DNA from: Deltaproteobacteria bacterium
GTDB lineage: Bacteria; Desulfobacterota; Desulfobacteria; Desulfobacterales; UBA11574
NCBI GenBank assembly: GCA_019308685.1
Contig: JAFDHQ010000024.1
Coordinates: 1-62,148 of the forward strand
Reading direction: 5' to 3'
DNA length: 62,148 nucleotides
Position numbers and translations under genes: made by a program. Positions 36,719 to 46,571 of the stretch are shown here, one piece after another. Each line of letters begins with the position of its first letter. Position 1 is the first letter of the stretch. Under the pieces are notes generated by a model that was given only the letters and a program-made list of their open reading frames with translations, did not search any database and was not told the DNA's origin.

Positions 36719-38734
36719 TTACAGCAAAAATGGTACCATCAGCAATGCAACAACATTCAGTATTTTGATCATTGGGTTAATGGCCGGTCCTGCGGTATCC
36801 TTGTAAGGATCGCCAACCGTGTCACCGGTAACGGCCGCTTTATGGGCATCACTCCCCTTGCCGCCCAGATGGCCGTCTTCAATATATTTCTTGGCATTGT
36901 CCCAGGCAGCTCCACCGGTAGTCATGGAAATGGCAACAAAAACACCGGTTACAATACTCCCGATCAGAAGCCCGCCCAGAGCGACCTTGCCAAGCAAGAA
37001 ACCGACAATAAGTGGCGCAACCACCGGCAAAAGTGCCGGAACAATCATTTCACTTAGAGCAAACTTGGTGACAATGTCAACACACCGGCCATAATCGGGT
37101 TTGGCAGTACCTTCCATGATGCCCGGAATTTCGCGGAACTGGCGGCGAACCTCTTCAACCACTGCCCCACCGGCATTGCCCACCGCTTTCATGGCAATGG
37201 AAGCAAACAGGTACGGTAAAAGACCGCCGACAAAAAGACCTATGATAACATTGACGTCGGACAGGTCAAATTTAATGGCAGCAGCGCTTGCTTCACCGTG
37301 GATGGCAAATTCCTGTACATAGGCTGCAAACAGAACCAGAGCCGCCAGACCGGCAGAACCGATGGCATATCCCTTGGTAACCGCTTTGGTGGTATTTCCC
37401 ACCGCATCCAGAGGATCTGTGACTGCCCGGACGCTTTCATCCATTTCCGCCATTTCAGCAATCCCGCCGGCATTATCGGTAATCGGCCCGTAAGCGTCAA
37501 TGGCGATAACCATACCGGTCATGGAGAGCATGGACATGGCGGCCATGGCAATTCCATAAAGGCCCGCAAAGTAATATGACATATAAATTGCCAGGCAGAT
37601 GGTAAGAACCGGAGCCGCCGTGGCCTGCATACTCACGCCCAAACCGGCGATGATATTTGTACCGTGGCCGGTTGTAGATGCTTGCGCAATCTGTTTCACC
37701 GGTGCGTAAATGCCTGTGTAGTATTCCGTAATGATAACAATGACAACGGTAAGAATCAGCCCGATAAGCGTGCAATAGTAAATATTCATGGCGGAAATAC
37801 CTTCCAAATTTCCCATGAACTTGTTGCAGGCATAGTAGAATGCAACGGCTGCCAGGATGGCAGCACCGAACATCCCTTTGTACAGGGCGCCCATGATGTA
37901 TTCACTCTTTCCGAGTCTAACAAAGAAAACAGCGATTGCAGAAGCGATGATTGAGATAGCGCCGAGCACCAGCGGGAATTCGACCACTATTGGATTTTTG
38001 GGAAAAAGAAGATGGCCGATCAGCATGGCGGCTACGGCCGTAACCGCATATGTCTCAAAAAGATCGGCGGCCATACCCGCACAGTCGCCCACATTGTCGC
38101 CCACATTGTCGGCAATGGTCGCCGGGTTTCTGGGGTCGTCCTCGGGGATGCCTGCCTCAACTTTACCGACCAGGTCAGCTCCCACATCAGCTCCCTTGGT
38201 AAAGATCCCGCCGCCCAGCCGTGCGAAAATCGAAATCAAGCTTCCGCCAAAACCCAGGGCCACCAGGGCCATAACATCATGGGTTGCGGTATAGTATCCG
38301 GATATGGCGGTCAAAGCCAGACCGGCCACGATCATTCCGGTAACAGAACCGCCCTTGAAGGCCAGAGATAGGCCGGCCGCAAGTCCTTTTTTGGCGGCTT
38401 CTGCGGTTCTTACATTGGCGAGAACCGATACCCGCATTCCGATATATCCCGCCATGAATGATGCGACTGCACCGATCGCAAATCCAATGGCGGTTTTTGC
38501 GCCAAGGGTGGCAAAGATTATAATGAAAATAATGATACCGGCAATGCCCATACTTTTGAGCTGGCGGTTCAGATATGCAATAGCGCCTTCTTGAATAGCG
38601 GCGGCAATTTCCTGCATCTTTTCATCTCCGGCAGGCGCTTTCTTGACCATTCCAGCTATAGAAATCGCAAAAAGCACTCCAAAAACACCTACCAGCGTGC
38701 AATACAACGGTAAATTGTTCAATACAGCTTCCAT
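36719..38734 (-). CDS. hppA: membrane-bound proton- or sodium-translocating pyrophosphatase
   Basis: 671-aa polytopic protein with [20 protein letters not shown] and [13 protein letters not shown] motifs. GGAGG RBS. Confidence 0.95.
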   Translation of the reverse strand: MEAVLNNLPLYCTLVGVFGVLFAISIAGMVKKAPAGDEKMQEIAAAIQEGAIAYLNRQLKSMGIAGIIIFIIIFATLGAKTAIGFAIGAVASFMAGYIGMRVSVLANVRTAEAAKKGLAAGLSLAFKGGSVTGMIVAGLALTAISGYYTATHDVMALVALGFGGSLISIFARLGGGIFTKGADVGADLVGKVEAGIPEDDPRNPATIADNVGDNVGDCAGMAADLFETYAVTAVAAMLIGHLLFPKNPIVVEFPLVLGAISIIASAIAVFFVRLGKSEYIMGALYKGMFGAAILAAVAFYYACNKFMGNLEGISAMNIYYCTLIGLILTVVIVIITEYYTGIYAPVKQIAQASTTGHGTNIIAGLGVSMQATAAPVLTICLAIYMSYYFAGLYGIAMAAMSMLSMTGMVIAIDAYGPITDNAGGIAEMAEMDESVRAVTDPLDAVGNTTKAVTKGYAIGSAGLAALVLFAAYVQEFAIHGEASAAAIKFDLSDVNVIIGLFVGGLLPYLFASIAMKAVGNAGGAVVEEVRRQFREIPGIMEGTAKPDYGRCVDIVTKFALSEMIVPALLPVVAPLIVGFLLGKVALGGLLIGSIVTGVFVAISMTTGGAAWDNAKKYIEDGHLGGKGSDAHKAAVTGDTVGDPYKDTAGPAINPMIKILNVVALLMVPFLL

Positions 38735-38753
38735 TTTTCCTCCATCTGAATAA

Positions 38754-39350
38754 TTAACTTGAAATTACAATTCTTTTATTGTTGAACCTGTTCATCCCTT
38801 CCTTTGCACCTTTACAAAGGATTGTAACTACAGCATCCCGGGCCTCTGTAATGATCCGGTGTAAAAGATTTTTTTCTTTTATAGTAAATTTTCCCAGAAC
38901 ATAATCAGCAGCACTAATCCCGGCCTCGGGTCGCCCGACGCCGATACGAAGACGTATAAAATTACCTCCGCCAAAGGCATCTATTATTGACCTTACACCT
39001 TTGTGTCCCCCATCCCCTCCTTTCTCCTTTATTTTTATTCTTCCAAAAGCAAGGTCTATGTCATCGTGAACAACCAACATGTCCTCGCTTAATATCCTGT
39101 AATATCCTGCAATTTTCTGAACCTGCGGCCCGCTTCTGTTCATAAAGGCCATGGGTTTTGCCAGGATAACCTCAACACCGTCTATGGATCCGCGTGCGAA
39201 AATGGTGTCGAATTTTTGTTTTACAAAGGCGATAGAAAAAACTTCTGAAATTTGATCCACCACCATAAATCCTACATTATGCCGGGTATTTTTATAAGTA
39301 TTACCCGGATTGCCGAGTCCGACGACCAGGCGTATACGTTTTTGCGGCAT
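38754..39350 (-). CDS. pth: peptidyl-tRNA hydrolase
   Basis: [18 protein letters not shown]-terminus and HDD.D motif. Confidence 0.9.
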   Translation of the reverse strand: MPQKRIRLVVGLGNPGNTYKNTRHNVGFMVVDQISEVFSIAFVKQKFDTIFARGSIDGVEVILAKPMAFMNRSGPQVQKIAGYYRILSEDMLVVHDDIDLAFGRIKIKEKGGDGGHKGVRSIIDAFGGGNFIRLRIGVGRPEAGISAADYVLGKFTIKEKNLLHRIITEARDAVVTILCKGAKEGMNRFNNKRIVISS

Positions 39351-39367
39351 AAAAAAAGTCCGTCACA

Positions 39368-40033
39368 TTATTTTTCATCACCGGATTCAGGTTGTTCTTC
39401 ACCTTCTTCAGCGATGACTTCTTCACCCTCCTCTACCTCTTCTTCTTCAGGCTCTACCTCTTCTTCTATCTTGGGGCTGACTATGGTTACTACCGTAAAA
39501 TTTTCATCACCCAAAAACTCAATGTCGCTTTGACGGGGGATATCAGCCACATGAATCGAATCTCCGATATCAAGATTCGTAATGTCAATCTCAATAGATT
39601 CCGGAACATCGAGGGGAAAGCACTGAACCTCAAGTTCACGTCTGATGATCTGGAGTATGCCCCCAATCTCAACGCCCTTTGACTTACCGGTTGTTGTTAC
39701 GGGAACATTAACGATGATCTTACGATCCATTGTGACCTCATAGAAATCGATGTGCAGGAAGTTGCGTGAAACCGGATGGATTTGCAGTTCTTTTACCATA
39801 ACCGTCTTGGTCGATGTTTCTCCATTATGGGGAATAACAAGGTTTAAAAGGACCTGGCCGATTCTTCCCGTCTTCAAAATCCTATCGATATCGCTGATAT
39901 TGACGGAAAGCAGAACGGATTCTGTATCCGGGCCGTAAAGCACGGCAGGTATCTGCCCTGCCTCTCTGAGTCTGCGTGCAGGACCGTTGCCTGTGGTGGT
40001 TCTGATATTTGTTTTTAATTCGATTAACTCCAA
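39368..40033 (-). CDS. rplY: 50S ribosomal protein L25/general stress protein Ctc, with an acidic C-terminal tail
   Basis: GNGPARRLREAGQIPAVLYG N-terminus. The C-terminal roughly 35 aa are Glu-rich (EEEVEPEEEEVEEGEE...). TTG start, with AGGAGG 12 nt upstream. Confidence 0.85.
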   Translation of the reverse strand: MELIELKTNIRTTTGNGPARRLREAGQIPAVLYGPDTESVLLSVNISDIDRILKTGRIGQVLLNLVIPHNGETSTKTVMVKELQIHPVSRNFLHIDFYEVTMDRKIIVNVPVTTTGKSKGVEIGGILQIIRRELEVQCFPLDVPESIEIDITNLDIGDSIHVADIPRQSDIEFLGDENFTVVTIVSPKIEEEVEPEEEEVEEGEEVIAEEGEEQPESGDEK

Positions 40034-40070
40034 AATATATTAATCCTCCTGAAAAAACTTTTTCCATTCT

Positions 40071-40136
40071 GCCACTAAGGCACCAGACACGAAGAAAGAA
40101 TAATTAAAATATCCTTTGTGTCTGTGTCTTTGTGGC
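40071..40136 (-). other. imperfect hairpin in the ctc (L25) 5' leader
   Basis: The minus strand reads gccac-aaaga-cacagacac...gtgtctg-gtgccttag-tggc, ending about 20 nt upstream of the AGGAGG RBS. The function is unknown. Confidence 0.3.
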
Positions 40137-40171
40137 AAATATTTTTGGTTCCGGTTTATCCGGGTTAGGTT

Positions 40172-41110
40172 TTATACAAAAAGAGAAGTTACGGAATCTC
40201 CTTTAAAACTGCGAATAATCGCCTCGCCAATCAACTCCGAAATCGAAAGCACCTTGATTTTATTACAGGCCTTGGCACTTTTATTTAAAGGGATCGTGTC
40301 TGTTACAACCAGGGTTTTCAAGTCCGAATTCTCAATCCGTTCGATTGCCGGCCCTGACAGAACTGCATGGGAACAGCTGGCATGAATCTCCCGGGCGCCA
40401 TTTTTCATGATAGCTCCGGCAGCTTCGACAAGGGTGCCGGCGGTATCGACCATGTCATCAAGAATAACCACGATCTTATCTGTAACATCGCCGATGACTG
40501 CCATGGCCTTGGCTTGGTTGGGAGCCTCTCTCCGCTTATCAATGATAGCAAGGCCGGCGTTTAAGCGCTTGGCAAATGCTCTGGCCCTTTCAACACCACC
40601 CGCATCCGGAGAAACGATAACCAGGTCATTATTAAATTTTTTTCTGATATAATCGATAATAACCGGAGCAGCAAAAAGATTGTCCACCGGTATGTTGAAA
40701 AACCCCTGAATCTGACCGGCATGCAGGTCCATTGTAATGATCCGGGTTGCACCGGCCACGGTCAGTATATCCGCAACCAGTTTGGCGCTGATCGGAACGC
40801 GCGGCGCTACCTTCTTGTCCTGCCGTGCATATCCGTAATACGGAATTACCGCTGATATCCTGTTTGCCGAGGCACGCTTTAAGGCATCCAGCATCAGAAG
40901 CAGCTCCACCAGATTTTCATTGACCGGAAAACAGATGGACTGAATGACAAAAACATCTTTTGATCTTACGTTTTCATCTATTTCGATCTGGATCTCACCG
41001 TCACTGAATCTTTTTACCTTTTCCCCTCCCAGAGGAACTTGGATATATTCACATATTTTTCGGGAAAGGGCCGGGTTTGAATTTCCTGAAAATATTACAA
41101 AATCATTCAT
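40172..41110 (-). CDS. prs: ribose-phosphate pyrophosphokinase
   Basis: The PRPP-binding loop [11 protein letters not shown] and the GYARQD motif. Confidence 0.95.
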   Translation of the reverse strand: MNDFVIFSGNSNPALSRKICEYIQVPLGGEKVKRFSDGEIQIEIDENVRSKDVFVIQSICFPVNENLVELLLMLDALKRASANRISAVIPYYGYARQDKKVAPRVPISAKLVADILTVAGATRIITMDLHAGQIQGFFNIPVDNLFAAPVIIDYIRKKFNNDLVIVSPDAGGVERARAFAKRLNAGLAIIDKRREAPNQAKAMAVIGDVTDKIVVILDDMVDTAGTLVEAAGAIMKNGAREIHASCSHAVLSGPAIERIENSDLKTLVVTDTIPLNKSAKACNKIKVLSISELIGEAIIRSFKGDSVTSLFV

Positions 41111-41139
41111 TTATATTCCCATTTGCCATTGACACAACC

Positions 41140-41214
41140 TGGCTGGGGCGGGAGGATTCGAACCTCCGAATGCAGGAACCAAAATCCTGTGTCTTACCAC
41201 TTGACGACGCCCCA
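41140..41214 (-). tRNA. tRNA-Gln (anticodon UUG), CCA encoded
   Basis: The minus strand reads TGGGGCGTCGTCAAGTGGTAAGACACAGGATTTTGGTTCCTGCATTCGGAGGTTCGAATCCTCCCGCCCCAGCCA. It has a 7-bp acceptor stem, the anticodon arm CAGGA-TTTTGGT-TCCTG and the T-loop GGTTCGAATCC. Confidence 0.9.
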
Positions 41215-41231
41215 TAATCATAGATGCAGGG

Positions 41232-42107
41232 TTACAAATATCCCTGTTTCGAGTTGTCTCTTGTCTCTTTTGTTATCATATCAACAAGATACAACTGCCA
41301 CTTGTCGTTCTCTGCAAGTACGTTCTTTGCTTTCAAGGCTTTATCCGAATCGGAAAAAAGGCCGAATACCGTGGATCCGCTGCCTGACATAAGCGCTCCC
41401 AATGCGCCATGTCTTAAAAGAGCCTCTTTAACTGTAAATATGCCCGGATACATGGATGCCGCAGTGGTTTCAAGATCATTGCATAAATGGCATCTCGGAT
41501 CAAAGCTCTGCTCATTCAAAAGGAAACTTCTAAGTTTTTTTTTGCAGTTTGTCAATCCCAAATTAAGATTTTTATAAACCTTGGCCGTTGAAATGCTAAA
41601 ACCGGGAAAAACCAATAATATCTTAAAACTTTCAAGCTTTTGATAAGCTTTGAGCTTGTCACCGATACCGGATACTATTGCTGGTTTCCGGAAAATAAAA
41701 AAGGGCACATCCGCCCCGATTGAAAGCCCCATGGATATGAGTTTGTCCAGGGAAAATGGATAGCCGTAATGGCGGTTCAACCCCAAAAAAACAGCAGCTG
41801 CATTGCTGCTTCCCCCTCCGAGACCGGCTGCTACCGGTATCTGTTTTTCTATGGAAATTTTTACGCTTTTATTTATATTCAGGGTGTTAAAAAAAAGAGA
41901 TGCAGCAGTAAAGGCAAGATTTGTTTCATCTTCCGGAACGTCCGGATGGCTGCAGGAGACAGAGGCCTCCGTAACATCAAAGGTAAGTGAAACCGTATCG
42001 TAAAGTCCGACACAGCACATCAGGCTTACCAGATCATGGTAGCCGTCGGGTCGTTTTCCTGTAATTTTTAAAAACAGGTTTATTTTAGCAGGAGAGAGAA
42101 TCCTCAT
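41232..42107 (-). CDS. ispE: 4-diphosphocytidyl-2-C-methyl-D-erythritol kinase
   Basis: AKINLFL...G.R.DGYH N-terminus and the GHMP kinase motif PVAAGLGGGSSNAAA. Confidence 0.9.
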   Translation of the reverse strand: MRILSPAKINLFLKITGKRPDGYHDLVSLMCCVGLYDTVSLTFDVTEASVSCSHPDVPEDETNLAFTAASLFFNTLNINKSVKISIEKQIPVAAGLGGGSSNAAAVFLGLNRHYGYPFSLDKLISMGLSIGADVPFFIFRKPAIVSGIGDKLKAYQKLESFKILLVFPGFSISTAKVYKNLNLGLTNCKKKLRSFLLNEQSFDPRCHLCNDLETTAASMYPGIFTVKEALLRHGALGALMSGSGSTVFGLFSDSDKALKAKNVLAENDKWQLYLVDMITKETRDNSKQGYL

Positions 42108-42119
42108 GACATGTCCGGA

Positions 42120-42530
42120 CTATCCCTTTTCTTTTACATATAACATCCTCAGATCATATAGAATATTTTTTAGCATGGTCTCTTCATCCTTTGTCAAATT
42201 CCCTTGGGTTTTCTCTTCCAGCATGCCTAAAATATCTATGGTCTGTTTTGCAAGGGGCAGGTTCCTCGTCTTTTTCCCGGTGGCAGGATCGTCTATGAGA
42301 CCGAGTTGCACCAGTACAGATGAGTTCAACGAAAAAATAAAGGTGGCGAAATTGATTTTCGGCAATTGATAATCTGTTCTATCCTCTTCAGGAGCAGCCG
42401 CCTCTTCGGATTTACTTTCCTCAACCTCTTTTTCTGAAGGTTTGGTTGCTTCTTCTTTGGTCTCTTGACCCTGATCTCCTTCCGCGAACATTCTTTTGTC
42501 TTTGATAATAAAATCTTTTTTTTCAGGCAT
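42120..42530 (-). CDS. DUF1844-like small acidic protein
   Basis: 136 aa. An acidic N-terminal half precedes INFATFIFSLNSSVLVQLGLIDDP...LPLAKQTIDILGMLEEKT, which I recognise as the DUF1844 pattern. GGAG RBS. Confidence 0.55.
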   Translation of the reverse strand: MPEKKDFIIKDKRMFAEGDQGQETKEEATKPSEKEVEESKSEEAAAPEEDRTDYQLPKINFATFIFSLNSSVLVQLGLIDDPATGKKTRNLPLAKQTIDILGMLEEKTQGNLTKDEETMLKNILYDLRMLYVKEKG

Positions 42531-42563
42531 TTGTGATCTCCTATATATTTTGAGTTATAAAGG

Positions 42564-42703
42564 TGACGGTCTCGTAAAAAGTCCAACTTCTGCGTTGTGC
42601 TGCATTTCGCAATCATTCAACGTACGATAAGTACGCCTCATGATTACAAAATTTGCACGCCTTGAATTTGAACTTTTAATCGGACTTTTTACGAGTTTAT
42701 CAA
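42564..42703 (-). repeat. MITE-like palindromic intergenic element, family 1, copy 2 (inverted relative to copy 1)
   Basis: The reverse complement aligns over its full length with 2690-2844, apart from a roughly 15-bp indel. It has the same 14-bp terminal inverted repeats. Confidence 0.75.
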
Positions 42704-42761
42704 AGGTAGCATCAAATCGCCACCCCCGGAGGTAGCGATTTTAACTGATTCATAATACAAA

Positions 42762-45700
42762 TCATGAAACACGGGAGACAATGAATTCCCCGATTTTTTC
42801 CGCAGATATTCCAAAAAGTTCTTTCATTCCCACGAGCTCAATATACTGTTCATCCCACACCACACTGTTTTCCTGGACAATGTTTTTGATGCGCTCATAT
42901 TTTCCGCCCAGGGCCTTTATCTTTACATATAGCGGAACATTTTCTTTAAACGATATATTCAACAACAGGATGTGTTCAATCAAATTCGGTGTGGCCGCAG
43001 AGGTGGATATAATGGGAATAACGATAATGCTTCGGTCGTCTTTCCGTCCTATGCCAATGTATACATTCCCTTCCCGTACAATGATTCTTTTGGTCCCCTT
43101 CAACAGGCGGTCGGTTTCCACACGGGAGGGAATCGGTTTTAAGGTACCTTCTTTTTTTATTATTTCGATGGTGGTTTGATCTGTGGGTTCACCGAGAACG
43201 TTCAAGCCTTGGATTCTGTAAAAAATGGCTCCTTTTATCCTTGAAACGATTCCCTGTAGATTTTTAAGAACCAAAATATTCCGGTTAATCAGTTGGGAAG
43301 TATGGATATTGTATTGGGTCAGTGCTTGAAACAGAATCCCTTCCAGCTTTTCACTGATACGGCTTGTCCCCACAGTGACAGTTTTGGCCTGGTGCCGGAT
43401 AGCATCCACAGGTCGGGACATGCAGTTAATTGATTCTCCCAAACACTCAAAGAGTGTGTTCAACATGTTTAGCGCCGTACCCTTTTTCCCGAAATCTATT
43501 TCAAAATCAGATACCGGTAGTCTCCCGGACAGATATTTTAAAAGCAAGGTTAGATCCGATGCTGCTTCAAGACCCATGGCAGACGGAAAACTGTTATCGC
43601 TTTTTTTCCTTCTGAATTCTTTATAGAAAAAAGCGATTTTTTCCCTGAAAGATTTTTCAAGGATCAATTCGTAAACATCCAAGCCCTTATTCGCATAGTC
43701 GTCTACAATTCTCTGGATATCTTTATTGAACCCGTATAGGAAGCGTGACCCTTCATTAATTGCCATGGCAGCATAATACCCCCAGATATGTCCCACCAGG
43801 GTGTTCAAGATGGGTGCAAAATGCTCACTGACAATCGGGACGTGAAAAACATCCGCTGCATAGGGCTCAAAACGGTTTTCACCCTCGTTGGCGATGACAA
43901 CGACCGTAGCCTTATGTGCCTGGAATATCGCCGTATCCTTTATAATATCTCCGATTACCGTTCCCCTGGCTCCGGCGGCGCAAACAAGGATCAGCGGTTC
44001 CGATGACAGGTCGATGTGTTTTTTATCCTCAACATAATCAGATGAAATCGTTTTATAACAAAGCTCACTCAGTTTGATCCTGATTTCATCTGCTGACGTC
44101 TTGTTGGGGCCGCTGCCTACGGCGGCCCAGTATGTCTTGGTTGTGGCAAGCCTTTTTGCAGAGTTTCCGATTTTGTTATGCATTGAAAGAATTTTTCTCA
44201 TATGGCCGGGAATTTCAAGAAGCTCTTTAATTTGTGATTCAACAAAGGAATCACTCCTGCGACCTTGAAGTCGGGCAATTTTAAGAGCCAGAAGAGCACC
44301 TGCAACGATCTGGGAATAGAAGGCTTTTGTTGAAGCGACCGACATCTCGATATCCCTCCCGCTACTGGTGTACATAACACCGTCAACCTTGAAAGTGATA
44401 TCCGAATCCCTGCGGTTAACGATGGCCATGGTGTAGGCGCCTCGTTCTTTCACCATATCGATGGTACGATTTGTATCTGTGGTCGTTCCGGACTGGCTAA
44501 TGGCAATCACAAGGGAGTCTGACATCATTTTTTTATCGTCATCGTCATCGAGTTTAAACCCGCTGAGCTCCGATGCTTTGATTGCACTGATAAAAAACAA
44601 GGGATTGTTCATATAGTAATTCAGAATGTCTGCACATGCATGTGCAGCAACACCGGCAGTGCCCTGTCCAACAAAAAAGATTCGTCGTATTTTTTTATCA
44701 AGCAGGGCCTTCTGCAACGTTTCAGGGAATGTCTTTTCATCCAGGGTGACGACATACCGCCGGATCTTATCTTCTTTGATTTTCCAACGATTCTGAAGGG
44801 TCTTTTCCACAGAATGCGGAGATTCCGAAATTTCTTTCAAAAAGTAATGGGGAAAATCCTGGCGGTCTATGTCTCTTGAAGTAATCTCGGTATGCTTTAT
44901 ATCATTTTTACTCAGCTTGATCGGGGTATTGTCATAATAGACTGCTTTAATGCCGTCCATGCCGCCGGCGGAATCCTGATTCAAGATGAAAATCTGTCCC
45001 CGGGTTATGCCGTCTCTGCCTTGTGCTTCCTTTTCACCGTCCATCTTGATAAAAAAGGGGGTCTCTTCAATCAGTCCGTATACCTCTGAAGTCGGCATAT
45101 AGTAATCTTTTGCAATACCGATAAAAATGGCCTGACCACTTCCTTTCTGAGCCAAAAAGATCTTGCCTGGAGCCAGATCGGTATGCATTGATATGGCATG
45201 TGACCCCTTGAAGTCATTTACTGCCAGGCGGAACGCTTCTTGAACCTCAACACCCTGGTTAATATACTTTTCGATCTGAAGTGGTATGATCTTTGTATCT
45301 GTAGTGATATCCGGAGGTATAACACCGCCGTGCTGTTCATATTCATTTTTAAGTTCCATATAATTGTCGATATCTCCGTTCAGACAAGCGTGTATGATAC
45401 CGCTTTTTGGAGCACTGCTCCCTGAGGTGCTGTTGTCCACAGGATGACAGTTGGGTTCGCTGATAGCGCCCACCGATGCCCAGCGTGTGTGGGCGGAAAT
45501 CGTATGGTATTTGGGATGGAATGAGACCAGTTTATGGAGAATCGTATCGTTTTTTATATGTTTGCGTAGGGACTGAATATTATCCCCGAGACTCCCGACT
45601 TCAGCGGCAACTTTATAGGTAAGGGCAATGGCCACACGTTTTTGACCGTTTTCGTCTCCTGACTCATTTACTTCGATTCCCAGGTTAACCAGAACATCAC

Positions 45701-46508
45701 GGGAAGACCGCTCTTTCAACTGATCATAAAGATTTTTCTTTTTGATTATTTCTTCGAATCTGTCAAATTCAGAACCCTCAAGAACAAACATCATGGATAT
45801 TCCTGCAGAATCGCGACCTCTGACTTCCAGACGGTCGATACTGTTCAGTACGGCATTGATCTGTTTGAAAATATTGACTTCATAACTGATGGGAGTCTCA
45901 TGGTCATCCCCCAAAAAACTTTTTATCTTATTGATATTATTAGCAATTTCAGAGGTAAGGCACCAGGCAATATCTTTGATAAAATCGATGCGCCGTGACA
46001 GAATATTTACTTCATCAGACTCAAGATTTCCCATTTGGAGGTCCAGCAACCGTTGTTCTTTATCAATGAATTCGAAAAAATGGTCGGCCATTTTTTCAAG
46101 TTCGCGCTGACTGTTCCGGTGAATGAAAAGATTATAAAAAAGATCATTGCATTTTAAGTTTCGCACGTTTTGGAAAAGAGCGGCAATCTGCTTTTCTCCA
46201 CCCAGATAATGATCTTCAAGATTCAAGCCATTTTGCCTGCAGTTTTCATAGCAAAGATCCTGGATTTTTATGAACATATCTTTCAAAGAGTTAATGTCGA
46301 TGCGGTCGTCTTTTTTATTCTTTTTCTTAAAAGAAACAATTCCTGCGAGTCCACAGCACAACATGTTATCTTGGCATGGTAAAAATATTATGGAACCATC
46401 CGGCAGGTCGGCCATATGTCTTCCAAAATATACATCTGCAAAAAGACAACTCAAAATCAGTCCAGGTATCTGACGGATAAGACTATAGATTTTAATTAAA
46501 CAATTCAT
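42762..46508 (-). CDS. giant GlmS-like protein: class-II (Ntn) glutamine amidotransferase domain plus two SIS domains, with large insertions and a C-terminal extension
   Basis: GlmS-type motifs are present: CGLAGIV, LEVRGRDSAG, HTRWASVG...N.HP, NGDIDNY, two SIS cores (VGQGTAG...ISQSGTTTDT and AVGSGPN) and AKTVTVG. GGGAG RBS 5 nt upstream of the ATG at 46508. Confidence 0.8.
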   Translation of the reverse strand: MNCLIKIYSLIRQIPGLILSCLFADVYFGRHMADLPDGSIIFLPCQDNMLCCGLAGIVSFKKKNKKDDRIDINSLKDMFIKIQDLCYENCRQNGLNLEDHYLGGEKQIAALFQNVRNLKCNDLFYNLFIHRNSQRELEKMADHFFEFIDKEQRLLDLQMGNLESDEVNILSRRIDFIKDIAWCLTSEIANNINKIKSFLGDDHETPISYEVNIFKQINAVLNSIDRLEVRGRDSAGISMMFVLEGSEFDRFEEIIKKKNLYDQLKERSSRDVLVNLGIEVNESGDENGQKRVAIALTYKVAAEVGSLGDNIQSLRKHIKNDTILHKLVSFHPKYHTISAHTRWASVGAISEPNCHPVDNSTSGSSAPKSGIIHACLNGDIDNYMELKNEYEQHGGVIPPDITTDTKIIPLQIEKYINQGVEVQEAFRLAVNDFKGSHAISMHTDLAPGKIFLAQKGSGQAIFIGIAKDYYMPTSEVYGLIEETPFFIKMDGEKEAQGRDGITRGQIFILNQDSAGGMDGIKAVYYDNTPIKLSKNDIKHTEITSRDIDRQDFPHYFLKEISESPHSVEKTLQNRWKIKEDKIRRYVVTLDEKTFPETLQKALLDKKIRRIFFVGQGTAGVAAHACADILNYYMNNPLFFISAIKASELSGFKLDDDDDKKMMSDSLVIAISQSGTTTDTNRTIDMVKERGAYTMAIVNRRDSDITFKVDGVMYTSSGRDIEMSVASTKAFYSQIVAGALLALKIARLQGRRSDSFVESQIKELLEIPGHMRKILSMHNKIGNSAKRLATTKTYWAAVGSGPNKTSADEIRIKLSELCYKTISSDYVEDKKHIDLSSEPLILVCAAGARGTVIGDIIKDTAIFQAHKATVVVIANEGENRFEPYAADVFHVPIVSEHFAPILNTLVGHIWGYYAAMAINEGSRFLYGFNKDIQRIVDDYANKGLDVYELILEKSFREKIAFFYKEFRRKKSDNSFPSAMGLEAASDLTLLLKYLSGRLPVSDFEIDFGKKGTALNMLNTLFECLGESINCMSRPVDAIRHQAKTVTVGTSRISEKLEGILFQALTQYNIHTSQLINRNILVLKNLQGIVSRIKGAIFYRIQGLNVLGEPTDQTTIEIIKKEGTLKPIPSRVETDRLLKGTKRIIVREGNVYIGIGRKDDRSIIVIPIISTSAATPNLIEHILLLNISFKENVPLYVKIKALGGKYERIKNIVQENSVVWDEQYIELVGMKELFGISAEKIGEFIVSRVS

Positions 46509-46524
46509 TGATACTCCCAATATC

Positions 46525-46552
46525 GATGAATTCGCGAAACATCGAATTCATC
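46525..46552 (-). other. 10-bp-stem hairpin between the PBP gene stop and the GlmS-like gene RBS
   Basis: gatgaattcg-cgaaacat-cgaattcatc. Its loop core tcgcgaaac is shared with family-4 hairpin copy 2. Confidence 0.5.
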
Positions 46553-46571
46553 ACGGTTAAGGTTTTAGACA

